Sequence record: NC_047806.1
DNA: 44,018 nucleotides
Reading direction: 5' to 3' (one strand)
DNA from: Escherichia phage vB_EcoP_B
Below, piece after piece: positions 1 to 8,530 of the stretch. Both the position numbers and the translations under genes were made by a program. The notes beneath the pieces are model-generated. The model ran no database searches and was not told where the DNA came from. It saw nothing but the letters and a program-made list of their open reading frames with translations. The first letter of the stretch is position 1, and the number at the start of each line of letters is the position of its first letter.

Positions 1-1128
1 TAACGCATCTCGCTGGATTTCTACAGCAGTAACACGTTCGGCATCACGGCGTGTCATCGTCTCCATCATGAATACGACACCGATACGGCGAGTGTACACC
101 TCTAGAACCGCACTAATAGGTGTGAGGTCTGCATACTTACCTAACTGTACAATATGGATGTCTTCTTCTACACCAGTAACAACCTCACCAGTGCCAGAGT
201 TAACAAAGTGGTCAACATCAGTCTGAGCACCCGGACGAATCAAGTACTTAATATCTGCCATCAGTGCAGCACCACGGGCAACTGCTTCAGACAGGAATTG
301 GATAACGAATAAATCACCGGAGTAATCCTCTGCTAAAGGACGACCCCAATCCTCACCATAGCTTCGCTTCCAAGTTAGCGGGATAAATGGTAGCTTTTCT
401 GATTTGATTTTACTTACCTTACCAACAGGGATATCATCAGCAGATTGCTTGAGTTCCCAAAAACCCTCACCAAGATACTTAGCATGTGTGTACAGCTTAA
501 TGCTGTCATCTTCCTTGCATTTCTTACCTTTCAAGCCCACCTCTACCACAGCACGGGTAGCGGGGTCAAATGTACGCAAGGACTTTTCTTGCAGTAAGAT
601 AATGTCTAACAGGTCGCCATTGGTATCACGGTTAACTACGTAGTGATGCATTGGTATTGCACTGATTGCACCTTTGCTCGGCTTGTATAGCATACAGCTG
701 CCAGCAACAATAAGATGCTTGAATGCTTCTACTACAGCAGGCCGGAATTGACGTTGCTCTAACTCTTTCATTGCCCGTGTTTCCACTTGAGCAAAGATAG
801 TAGCTAGCTCTGTCTTCTTCAGGCCACGCTGATTAAGAATCTTCTCACCTTGTGCAGTTAGGTCTACACGGAAGAAGGAGCGCTGTGCAGGGAATAGCAC
901 TTGCGCTAGCTTGTTGGCTAGGTGGTTAGTTGCCTGAGCACCTACACCTTGCCATCCGTTCTGCGAAGTCTCGTTATCACCTTTGTCATTCATCAGATAG
1001 GGCAAGGTTAATTTGGAGTAATGCTTCGCCCTATCAAGGAAAGAGCTACGTTTAGTGGAGAACTTCTCCCATAGCTTAGGTATCTTAGACCGCTTACCTC
1101 CATACTCCAAATCTGTGCTCTGTTTCAT
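1..1128 (-). CDS. portal (head-tail connector) protein, N-terminal 376 codons; partial, continues at the window end
   Basis: ATG at 1126-1128 with AAGGTG SD; frame open to position 1 (absent from ORF track because no stop in window); translation MKQSTDLEYGGKRSKIPKLWEK...ERVTAVEIQRDAL resembles T7 gp8 (from memory). Confidence 0.75.
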   Translation of the reverse strand, partial: MKQSTDLEYGGKRSKIPKLWEKFSTKRSSFLDRAKHYSKLTLPYLMNDKGDNETSQNGWQGVGAQATNHLANKLAQVLFPAQRSFFRVDLTAQGEKILNQRGLKKTELATIFAQVETRAMKELEQRQFRPAVVEAFKHLIVAGSCMLYKPSKGAISAIPMHHYVVNRDTNGDLLDIILLQEKSLRTFDPATRAVVEVGLKGKKCKEDDSIKLYTHAKYLGEGFWELKQSADDIPVGKVSKIKSEKLPFIPLTWKRSYGEDWGRPLAEDYSGDLFVIQFLSEAVARGAALMADIKYLIRPGAQTDVDHFVNSGTGEVVTGVEEDIHIVQLGKYADLTPISAVLEVYTRRIGVVFMMETMTRRDAERVTAVEIQRDAL

Positions 1129-1129
1129 A

Positions 1130-1339
1130 TTACACCTTCAAGCTAGAAGCTACCGGACGGACAAGCCCGCGCTTACCTTTTGCAGATGCAGTCGCATCAT
1201 CACCACCTGCACCAATCTGTATATCTTCAGCTTCAGTCTCAGGCTTACGCTCAAGCTGCTGAGCAGGAACCTTGGCTTCAATACGCGGTGCATCTTGAGC
1301 AAGACCGACAGCCTTAAATGCTTTCTTTACAATACCCAT
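1130..1339 (-). CDS. small hypothetical protein (69 aa), possibly gp6.7-like virion protein
   Basis: ORF track; ATG with strong SD CTAAGGAG; sits immediately upstream of portal; composition resembles T7 gp6.7 (weak). Confidence 0.5.
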   Translation of the reverse strand: MGIVKKAFKAVGLAQDAPRIEAKVPAQQLERKPETEAEDIQIGAGGDDATASAKGKRGLVRPVASSLKV

Positions 1340-1348
1340 GTGATCTCC

Positions 1349-1810
1349 TTAGAACTTCAGGTTATACACAGTGCCAAACTGTTCAAAGCCAAGTCGCTTA
1401 TACATACGTCCGACACGTTCTTCATTAATACCAGAAGCGATAGACAGGCGAACCTCGGAACACCCACTATCGTTAGCCCATTGCTTCAAGGCTTTGATGA
1501 GGCGCATACCGAGCAGTGTCCCTCGCTTCTCTGGTACAATATAAAAGAGAATGTCAGATGCAACTCTTACAGGTGTCCAAGGGGCTAACTCGTGATAGCC
1601 AGCCCACAGAAAACCTACAATCTGCCCTTCATCTACAGCAACCCATAGGAATAAATCTTCTCTACTAAGAGATGCACAAAGGTTATGTGCGCTTTGTTCT
1701 GCATTCCATGAGGCTGAGTGGTGGGCTACAATCTTGACTTCTTCTTCCACATATTTATTCCCAAGGTTTATAATCTCAGGAATATCTAGGAATGAAGCTG
1801 GACGTATCAT
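1349..1810 (-). CDS. GNAT-family N-acetyltransferase (153 aa)
   Basis: ORF track; GNAT-like pattern (WVAVDEGQIVGF ... VPEKRGTLLGMRLIKAL ... YKRLGFE); ATG 1808-1810. Confidence 0.6.
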   Translation of the reverse strand: MIRPASFLDIPEIINLGNKYVEEEVKIVAHHSASWNAEQSAHNLCASLSREDLFLWVAVDEGQIVGFLWAGYHELAPWTPVRVASDILFYIVPEKRGTLLGMRLIKALKQWANDSGCSEVRLSIASGINEERVGRMYKRLGFEQFGTVYNLKF

Positions 1811-1989
1811 TGGACCACCAGTTGTGCTCTAACACAATCCATAATGTAACGCTTCACTTCATCTACGATTAATTCTTCGTGAGTCTTAGTCACCTTCGGA
1901 GAAGAAGGCTTGAGAATCATCTCAAGCATCTCCATACCCTCAAATGAAATCGTCGGTTTCTTCTTCGTCTGTACCATAGAGTTCTTCAA
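1807..1989 (-). CDS. hypothetical protein (about 56-60 aa)
   Basis: ORF track; listed start is TTG, first ATG at 1975-1977 with weak SD; stop overlaps GNAT start. Confidence 0.3.
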   Translation of the reverse strand: MKNSMVQTKKKPTISFEGMEMLEMILKPSSPKVTKTHEELIVDEVKRYIMDCVRAQLVVQ

Positions 1990-2155
1990 CCTTCTCTTGG
2001 ATAGCTTCTACAGAAAGACCAAGCTCTTCTGCATCAGCTAGTAAGGTATATGGCACTTCCATGCCACAGGATAAAGTTTCAAAGATAGCTTCTGCTACCT
2101 CAACTGCACGAGTTGCCTTCATGCTATCAAAAGAAATCTGGTTCATCTTTGTCAT
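1940..2155 (-). CDS. hypothetical acidic protein (71 aa)
   Basis: ORF track; ATG 2153-2155; acidic C-terminus EEETDDFI. Confidence 0.4.
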   Translation of the reverse strand: MTKMNQISFDSMKATRAVEVAEAIFETLSCGMEVPYTLLADAEELGLSVEAIQEKVEELYGTDEEETDDFI

Positions 2156-3074
2156 GTCTTAATTCTCCAGCTTTGGGCAGACGAATGTTGCCCTTGCTTG
2201 AATCCTGAAGACCTTTTACTTCAAAGATTTTACCAATGACATTCAATCGTCCACCGTGTTTAATATCGTGGAACATCTGTTCTGCATCTGCATGAGTCCA
2301 CCCTTTACCTAACATAGCTTTGATTGTCTTGCCTCCTTTCCATTTGAAAATGAGGTTAGCTACCTTACCTTTGTACTTACCTTTGCCTTCTTCAAAGCCA
2401 ATACAAGTAAGGTCATAAGTTACCTTACGGACTTCTTTAGTCTGACGATAACCTTTGTGGCCTGCTTCATAATCACAGTCCAGTTTAAACACAGCACCCT
2501 CTCGGCCTGCGTCTATTTGCTCTTGCGCAAACGCTTCAACTTCTCGCTCATTATGGCAAGGAGTAATAGGAAGGATAGCGTTGTACCCGCTAAGATGAGC
2601 GCCGATGCGACGATGTAAAGCATCGTAACGTTTGAGATAAGAAACATCAGTGAATCCATCATGGAATGCCTTAATAGTTAACATATCGAAGAAGTCAATA
2701 TACAGGTTGTCTTTAATCTGCTGGCCTATGAAATCAAGTGGCTCTGTGCGATTAGGGTTAACTACTCCAGAAAGTGCTTCAAGGTAGACATCAACAGCCA
2801 TAGATTGCAACTCACCGAGATAAATGCCAGTAGGGAAAGCTGAATAAGATTCTTCCAAGGTTTCCGTGTTAGCCAGTTTCTTTCCAGTGCGTCCAAAGAC
2901 ACCAACGACACCATCGTTGCGAACAACCACAGCACTAAATATCCCATCTCGTTTTACCTGTGCATAACATGGAAAAGTTAATTTCTTCTCAGGTACTTCA
3001 CCGCGATGTTTCACCAGCATGAATGGGTGATTGCGGTGGTCTTCTGGAAGACCTAGGAATTGGAAGATATTCAT
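2127..3074 (-). CDS. ATP-dependent DNA ligase (315 aa)
   Basis: ORF track; nucleotidyltransferase motif I KRDG; strong SD GAAGGAGGTG; size/content like T7-group ligase. Confidence 0.75.
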   Translation of the reverse strand: MNIFQFLGLPEDHRNHPFMLVKHRGEVPEKKLTFPCYAQVKRDGIFSAVVVRNDGVVGVFGRTGKKLANTETLEESYSAFPTGIYLGELQSMAVDVYLEALSGVVNPNRTEPLDFIGQQIKDNLYIDFFDMLTIKAFHDGFTDVSYLKRYDALHRRIGAHLSGYNAILPITPCHNEREVEAFAQEQIDAGREGAVFKLDCDYEAGHKGYRQTKEVRKVTYDLTCIGFEEGKGKYKGKVANLIFKWKGGKTIKAMLGKGWTHADAEQMFHDIKHGGRLNVIGKIFEVKGLQDSSKGNIRLPKAGELRHDKDEPDFF

Positions 3075-3244
3075 TTCACCTCCTTCATCACACCTTTAAC
3101 TATTGCCTCTTTAAAGTATGCTAAGTCAGAACCATAGGCACTTAGGAACCACATTGCACCTTCATCATTGGAGGTCAATACAAAACCAAGAGGGCTTACT
3201 CTATATAAGTTACCGAAGTACCCTCTATATAGTTTACCTTCCAT
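3071..3244 (-). CDS. hypothetical protein (57 aa from ATG; track shows TTG-extended 63 aa)
   Basis: ORF track 3071..3262; first two starts lack SD, ATG at 3242-3244 has GAGGA SD. Confidence 0.4.
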   Translation of the reverse strand: MEGKLYRGYFGNLYRVSPLGFVLTSNDEGAMWFLSAYGSDLAYFKEAIVKGVMKEVK

Positions 3245-3245
3245 A

Positions 3246-3716
3246 TTAAATATCCTCATCAATACATTCGTGACGATGCTTCTGGAATAGCTCTTTGTAG
3301 TAGTCTGCTTTCTTCAGATCTTCTTCCGTGTTGAATTTCTTCCCTGCACGCAGACGATACTTCAAAGCATTACCCATGCAATATCCAGCAAATTGCTTCT
3401 CGGTCATACTACGAGCAATGATAGTGATTGCCTCTACCCCATCGAAGAACTCGTAGTGCTTAGGCTTAGTAACCATATTGTTGTCCAACGTGCTAGGATC
3501 TTCACCTTGCAATGAGTCAACAACCTTGAAGTAAGGTGCATACCATTCGCGCTTCTCAACACCTTCTAACATGATAGAGTTATAATTAGGTTCTGCACGG
3601 GATACTTTGAATACCCCATCTGGTTTCTTGTCTAGGCTTTCACACAGTTTATTCCAGATGGCATCTCGGTAAGCTGCACGGCGTACGACGTATTCGCCAA
3701 TATAAATCTTTGACAT
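3246..3716 (-). CDS. hypothetical protein (156 aa), possibly DUF3310-like
   Basis: ORF track 3246..3731 trimmed to ATG 3714-3716 with GGAGGA SD; KPKHY...GNALKYRLRAGKK pattern (family assignment from memory, weak). Confidence 0.5.
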   Translation of the reverse strand: MSKIYIGEYVVRRAAYRDAIWNKLCESLDKKPDGVFKVSRAEPNYNSIMLEGVEKREWYAPYFKVVDSLQGEDPSTLDNNMVTKPKHYEFFDGVEAITIIARSMTEKQFAGYCMGNALKYRLRAGKKFNTEEDLKKADYYKELFQKHRHECIDEDI

Positions 3717-3769
3717 AATTAATTCCTCCATTCACTATACAATCAAGGGCAAGCTAATACCTACCCTTT

Positions 3770-3790
3770 GTTCTATAGTGTCAACTAAAT
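3770..3790 (-). promoter_or_regulatory. phage RNAP promoter (SP6-type)
   Basis: minus-strand ATTTAGTTGACACTATAGAAC; upstream of 3246..3716. Confidence 0.65.
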
Positions 3791-4792
3791 CTTACCAATC
3801 CAGCGATTGTCATTATTGGTCTGCATCGGGACAATGTGCGGCACACCCTCCAGAATAACCACACAACCTAATGCTGGCTTGTATTTGGACTCACGACCAT
3901 AGGCAAATGCACGAGATGACTCATCAATCAAACAGCCTCCCTGCACAGCCCAATACTGTTCATGGGTGTTACGTGCATACTCCACCGACATCTTCCCATG
4001 CAAGTGACCACACACTAAGTTCATGCGCTCATGTGCTGCATCTGCTAGGACAGCGCCAGCAGGTTGATGCTTGAACGCCACCTGCTCACCATTAGGTAGC
4101 TCAAGTACATGCGTATGCTGCCAGTCCCACTGGTCGCCACCTCCCTGCGGGAAGAAGACTTCACGGTATGTGCGCAGGTATTGCACAGGGATGCCATGAG
4201 CACTGGCCTTACGGAAATGTAAGGAGCCATGATTAGAGTGGCAGATGCGCATTACAGGGAACATCTTATGTAATTTACGCATGAAGATACGAGCCTTCTC
4301 TAACTCCATACCAGCCGAATCCAGATTAGGATCTGACGTATGGAATGAAAGTGCGTGCTTGTCCGCCTCATCACCAAGATGAACTACAGTGTCTGGACGG
4401 TAACGTGCTGCCACCGCTGCCAGAAACTCTAATGTATCTGGATGCTCATAAGGTGCATGGGTGTCAGGTATTACCAGTACACTTCGATGAGGCGAGTCAG
4501 GCAATGGTACAATAGCCAAATCCTCGTAGCGGTCAGGAGTCCTGAGCTTACGTTCTTCTTTGATAGCACGGTTCGCAATAGCCAAGGTTTCATACGCCTC
4601 GCCATTCTTCTTCCGCTTTTCAAATTGTTTGGCCCAATACTTTGCAAGCTGCCTTGTAACTGTAGTCCCGTGTGTGTTATCTGAGAGAATAGACGCCATC
4701 AGGCGATAGTTGATAGTGCCATCATCCCGCTTTGCACTTTCAACTGCTTCTTCTACCTCCTTATTAGTAAACAAGTTTCTAATCTTACCCAT
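3785..4792 (-). CDS. calcineurin-like metallophosphoesterase (about 335 aa)
   Basis: ORF track 3785..4804 (TTG start) trimmed to first ATG; motifs IPDTH, HLGDEADKH, CHSNHG, CGHLHG in canonical order. Confidence 0.7.
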   Translation of the reverse strand: MGKIRNLFTNKEVEEAVESAKRDDGTINYRLMASILSDNTHGTTVTRQLAKYWAKQFEKRKKNGEAYETLAIANRAIKEERKLRTPDRYEDLAIVPLPDSPHRSVLVIPDTHAPYEHPDTLEFLAAVAARYRPDTVVHLGDEADKHALSFHTSDPNLDSAGMELEKARIFMRKLHKMFPVMRICHSNHGSLHFRKASAHGIPVQYLRTYREVFFPQGGGDQWDWQHTHVLELPNGEQVAFKHQPAGAVLADAAHERMNLVCGHLHGKMSVEYARNTHEQYWAVQGGCLIDESSRAFAYGRESKYKPALGCVVILEGVPHIVPMQTNNDNRWIGKI

Positions 4793-4846
4793 TATTCTTT
4801 CCAAACCCTCCCGCTTACAATATCACTAATGGTAGCAGGTGAGACA

Positions 4847-5221
4847 TTATAGCTTAGCTAGTCGTAACCTCTCACCTTTCTTATTAGCAACATATGTTGC
4901 CCTGATAGCACGTACAACATCCCAAGTTAGTTTAGCACGATTATTATTTTCTCCTGCAAAGCTAGCACGTCTGCCTCGATCTATCATATCTTGTATGTTG
5001 TCCTGCTGTGTACCAGATATTAAGTGTGCAGGGTTTATACACCTTGCATTATCACAAGTGTGTCTAATCACTACATCCTTTATATCCTCTATAGAAAGGC
5101 CGTGGTGCTCTGCATAGACCACGCGATGAAGTAATTGTAACCTCTTACTAGGTTTATGCCACGACCTGTAGTAACCTAATTGATTTAAGCATTTATAATG
5201 CCCGTGGTCTATACAGTCCAT
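4847..5221 (-). CDS. HNH endonuclease (124 aa), possible homing endonuclease
   Basis: ORF track 4847..5353 trimmed to ATG 5219-5221 with AAAGGAG SD one nt after upstream stop; HNH core HHGLSIEDIKDVVIRHTCDNARCINPAHL. Confidence 0.65.
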   Translation of the reverse strand: MDCIDHGHYKCLNQLGYYRSWHKPSKRLQLLHRVVYAEHHGLSIEDIKDVVIRHTCDNARCINPAHLISGTQQDNIQDMIDRGRRASFAGENNNRAKLTWDVVRAIRATYVANKKGERLRLAKL

Positions 5222-5222
5222 A

Positions 5223-5624
5223 TCATACTCCTTTCTTTCTTGCATAAGCAAGGCGTGCCTTACGGTTCTTAGCCTCGCGCTTCTCTGCCTCCGTTTGATG
5301 TTTGTGATATAACTTATCTGTCTGAGGCGTACTATGTAACTTCCAGTATTCATACAGTCGTTCTAACCATTGAAGCTGGAAGTAACGGTTATTACCTGCC
5401 TTGCCATAACCAGAGATAACACCCTTAATCTTCCCTTCCGCACCATTGCAGCCTCGGCATACAACAGCGCGGCAGAATCCTGTCTCATGGTCATGGTCAA
5501 GTACACGGTTTACAGGTGTGACAGCTTTGAGACTGCCGCCACACAGAGGGCATTTCCAGCCTTGCTTATCCAGCAATTCCTTCTTATAAGCTGCCACCTC
5601 CGATGCTTTTAATTTGCTAACCAT
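5223..5624 (-). CDS. endonuclease VII-like Holliday-junction resolvase (133 aa)
   Basis: ORF track; CPLCGG ... DHDHETGFCRAVVCRGCNGAEG resembles T4 endo VII zinc/HNH region. Confidence 0.65.
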   Translation of the reverse strand: MVSKLKASEVAAYKKELLDKQGWKCPLCGGSLKAVTPVNRVLDHDHETGFCRAVVCRGCNGAEGKIKGVISGYGKAGNNRYFQLQWLERLYEYWKLHSTPQTDKLYHKHQTEAEKREAKNRKARLAYARKKGV

Positions 5625-6637
5625 TCCGCATCATCTCCCCACAAGATTGGGTTCTTATCGGCTCGCCATATATCACCTTTGAATCTAGCCATGTGAGCTA
5701 GGCGACCACATTCAAGCATCAGGTCAAAGGCTTTGCCGATACGATAACCACCTCGGTAATTCTTAATCTTAACTTGTCCATGCCCGAACTTAGCCTTGTA
5801 AGCACCCAGCACTGCCATGTACAACTCTTTCTCTGTCTTACAATCTTTGAGAAGATCATAGGCATATTTAGCACCACGACCTGGTATGCCAGCATAGTTA
5901 TCAATATCATCACCGATAATCATCTGTGCATAGTGGAACATGAGGCCAGCACCTTTTAGATCTTTGACTTGCCCATTAGCCTTACGGCGTAGCTCAAGCC
6001 AGCCCATAGGCTCTACCCACTTCTTCTCTTGACCCGGCTGTAGATGCCAACCGGGAACAATCATCAAATCCTTATCCAAGGAAACGATGCAAGTATCAGA
6101 GAATGATTTATGCTCTGGACTACCGATAGGGAACTCGTTACCTGTATCTTGCTGGAAGCGGCGGTGGCTGTCCCATTGTGCGATACTCATGAGGTCGTCT
6201 GCTTCCTCTCCATCTGCCAAGATTGCACCGTGAACCTCTAAGAGATGCTCTCGCAATTCATAGAAGAATGGAGGCTTCTCGGTCTTACGTTGACCTTTAT
6301 AAGGCTTGGTGAATGCTAGGCGGACACGGAAGTTAGCTTCTGATTTCGTCATGAATAACTTAGCTGCATCACATTCTGCTGCATACACCCAAGAGTTAAG
6401 CAAGGAGTTCACACGGTCACACGCTTGCTTACACTCAGGCGTATCTTTGATTGATGGGACTTGTCCTGACTTAACACGAGTTGTGGCTCGTACATAAGTC
6501 ATGTCGCTGATTGTATACGCGACGATGTAAGGCAACATATCGGCATCTATTAAAGCGATTCGATTACCTTCAGTCGGCCACAGGATGAGATTATTGTCTT
6601 CCGATACTGTAGCTCCGAAGTCGAAGTTTGGTCGCAT
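5609..6637 (-). CDS. 5'-3' exonuclease (gp6-like), about 342 aa
   Basis: ORF track 5609..6646 (GTG start) trimmed to ATG with AAGGAG SD; LIDADMLPY and DKDL/GIPG blocks like T7 gene 6 exonuclease. Confidence 0.75.
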   Translation of the reverse strand: MRPNFDFGATVSEDNNLILWPTEGNRIALIDADMLPYIVAYTISDMTYVRATTRVKSGQVPSIKDTPECKQACDRVNSLLNSWVYAAECDAAKLFMTKSEANFRVRLAFTKPYKGQRKTEKPPFFYELREHLLEVHGAILADGEEADDLMSIAQWDSHRRFQQDTGNEFPIGSPEHKSFSDTCIVSLDKDLMIVPGWHLQPGQEKKWVEPMGWLELRRKANGQVKDLKGAGLMFHYAQMIIGDDIDNYAGIPGRGAKYAYDLLKDCKTEKELYMAVLGAYKAKFGHGQVKIKNYRGGYRIGKAFDLMLECGRLAHMARFKGDIWRADKNPILWGDDAEWLAN

Positions 6638-6822
6638 GTAGGCCACTCCTTCAAGAAGGAGGACACCGCATCATGGAGGTTCTGTCTTAACCAATAGTCA
6701 TCCCATTGTCTCACCTCCACTAGCTTCTCACCAGTTTTGTAATCATAGGCAACCCCAATATACTGTCTGGTGATTGCATTGTAGCTAATGTCCAGTTCAA
6801 TTCGAGATTCAATAGTCGGCAT
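6550..6822 (-). CDS. hypothetical protein (90 aa)
   Basis: ORF track; ATG 6820-6822 with GGAG SD; 3' end overlaps exonuclease start by about 90 nt. Confidence 0.35.
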   Translation of the reverse strand: MPTIESRIELDISYNAITRQYIGVAYDYKTGEKLVEVRQWDDYWLRQNLHDAVSSFLKEWPTCDQTSTSELQYRKTIISSCGRLKVIESL

Positions 6823-6939
6823 AATTCATTCTCCAATAACTATTACGCAAAAGACCCTGCCTACACTAAGGCAGACAGGGCATTAGATGAGGTGAGCGTG
6901 ATAGTCAACTAGGACTAACAGAGGCTACACCTGCTATTA

Positions 6940-7311
6940 TCAAAACTCTTCCTCTTCGCTAACCGGAGCTTCCGGTGCAGACACTTCTACTGCCGGAGCT
7001 TCAGCTTCTTCAGCAGCTTTGACTTCTTTCACTGGTTTACCAGCAGCAATCCAATCCAGATATTCAGCTACGATGTTAGCCTTACCGATCTGGGCTTTGT
7101 CAGCCTGCTCAGGGAAGCAAGCACGAGCGAACTCCAGACCAGCAGCGAAGTTACCCATGCTGTCAATCTTAGCCTGAGCTTCTTCACGGGTATCGTAAGC
7201 CTTAGTACCAGCTACCAGTTGATCAGCTTCATCGACGATAATGAAAGACTCAACGGATACCAGAGCAGCACCTTTAACAACACGGTTTACGATAGTTTCA
7301 ATCTTGAACAT
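6940..7311 (-). CDS. hypothetical protein with acidic C-terminal tail ending in Phe (123 aa)
   Basis: ORF track; AAGGAG SD; C-terminus ...PEAPVSEEEEF; directly downstream of phage promoter at 7364-7384. Confidence 0.55.
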   Translation of the reverse strand: MFKIETIVNRVVKGAALVSVESFIIVDEADQLVAGTKAYDTREEAQAKIDSMGNFAAGLEFARACFPEQADKAQIGKANIVAEYLDWIAAGKPVKEVKAAEEAEAPAVEVSAPEAPVSEEEEF

Positions 7312-7363
7312 ATTAAATTCTCCTTTTGTTGGTTATGGCATTATCGCCGATTAAAATTCTTCT

Positions 7364-7384
7364 CTTCTATAGTGTCCAGTAAAT
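7364..7384 (-). promoter_or_regulatory. phage RNAP promoter
   Basis: ATTTACTGGACACTATAGAAG. Confidence 0.7.
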
Positions 7385-7399
7385 ACCGGACACCGATTT

Positions 7400-7415
7400 G
7401 TCTCACACGTGAGAC
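7400..7415 (-). other. GTCTCAC..GTGAGAC palindromic hairpin element
   Basis: gtctcacacgtgagac; between gene end 7417 and promoter 7364-7384. Confidence 0.5.
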
Positions 7416-7416
7416 T

Positions 7417-7635
7417 TTATAAAACTGTGTTCACCTGAGCAATGTCATGCGCCGGAAGCGATACGCCGTGGCGTTTCCCCGTAGCTGGGTCGCTGTAGTT
7501 CACCACGTGCTGTCCGTCGCGCCAGATGTAGTGCAGGTCGGCATATGTGTCCCCTTCAGAGAAGGAGTGAAAAGTGTTGCCGCCAAGAGTTGTAATTCCT
7601 TTCTTGCAGTGCAGGGTTACGATTTGTACTTTCAT
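7417..7635 (-). CDS. hypothetical protein (72 aa)
   Basis: ORF track; ATG with TTAAGGAG SD. Confidence 0.5.
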   Translation of the reverse strand: MKVQIVTLHCKKGITTLGGNTFHSFSEGDTYADLHYIWRDGQHVVNYSDPATGKRHGVSLPAHDIAQVNTVL

Positions 7636-7644
7636 CCTTTCTCC

Positions 7645-8451
7645 TTAATATTCCGCGTCCTCATCCATCTCCGGTGCAGGAGTATCTTCTGCTTCAGGTA
7701 CTTCCTGTGGAACAGACTCACCAGTATCCAGAGATTTACGATTAGCTGGGGTAGCATCTTCCTCGTCTTTCTTCTTAGCCTTCTTCCATTCAGGGTCTTC
7801 TTCACGAGCAGCTTTGATAATAGCTTCTACGTGAGAGCCAGCAACAGACAGGTTCTTACCACGAGGTGTCTCGTTCAGGAAGTATTGACGTACCAAGTTA
7901 GCTGGGATGTCATCAAGGATTTCTTTGGTCAGCTTGTCGAAGGTGATATGACCTGTCATAGACAGACCTTCCTCTTCTACCTGAGCCAGTACAAGCTTCT
8001 TCAACTTATCAGGCATACCGCCAAAGCCTTTCCAGTTAACATACTTGAAAGTACCATCATCATTCTTGTCGCCAGAGCCAACCATAGTTGCAGTCAGACA
8101 TTCACCGATAAAATCATCGAAGCCACCCAGCAACTCTTTAGGGTCAACTGCATTCAGGAACTTAGTCAGTGTTGCCTTATCACCAGACTTCAGAGGCACA
8201 GCCATCCATTGTTCCATGCGAGAATCATCTTCATTCTTATCGTCGTCACCCATCAGGATAATCTTAACAAGAACAAAGTTTGCTGGCTTCTTAACTTCAG
8301 TGGTATTACCTTTCTTAAAGATATCTTGGAAGGAACCAACATGAATGATGCCAGAGATTACTGCTTCATGATCACCAACTTCAGGGTTCTTAAATACTTT
8401 ACCTTCAGCTTTAGTAACCTGAGCACCAAAATCAAAATCACCACGTGCCAT
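7645..8451 (-). CDS. single-stranded DNA-binding protein (gp2.5-like), 268 aa
   Basis: ORF track; long acidic C-terminal tail ending ...EMDEDAEY (acidic tail with terminal aromatic, as in T7 gp2.5); promoter at 8510-8530 upstream. Confidence 0.65.
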   Translation of the reverse strand: MARGDFDFGAQVTKAEGKVFKNPEVGDHEAVISGIIHVGSFQDIFKKGNTTEVKKPANFVLVKIILMGDDDKNEDDSRMEQWMAVPLKSGDKATLTKFLNAVDPKELLGGFDDFIGECLTATMVGSGDKNDDGTFKYVNWKGFGGMPDKLKKLVLAQVEEEGLSMTGHITFDKLTKEILDDIPANLVRQYFLNETPRGKNLSVAGSHVEAIIKAAREEDPEWKKAKKKDEEDATPANRKSLDTGESVPQEVPEAEDTPAPEMDEDAEY

Positions 8452-8509
8452 TTATTTAGTCTCCTATTGTTACACTACACAATCATAGGCAGAACTAAGC
8501 CGACCTATT

Positions 8510-8530
8510 GTTCTATAGTGTCCAGTAATT
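8510..8530 (-). promoter_or_regulatory. phage RNAP promoter (upstream of SSB)
   Basis: AATTACTGGACACTATAGAAC. Confidence 0.65.

Noticed and set aside
2762-2947. 61-aa minus-strand ORF
   Set aside because: Embedded out of frame within the DNA ligase gene.
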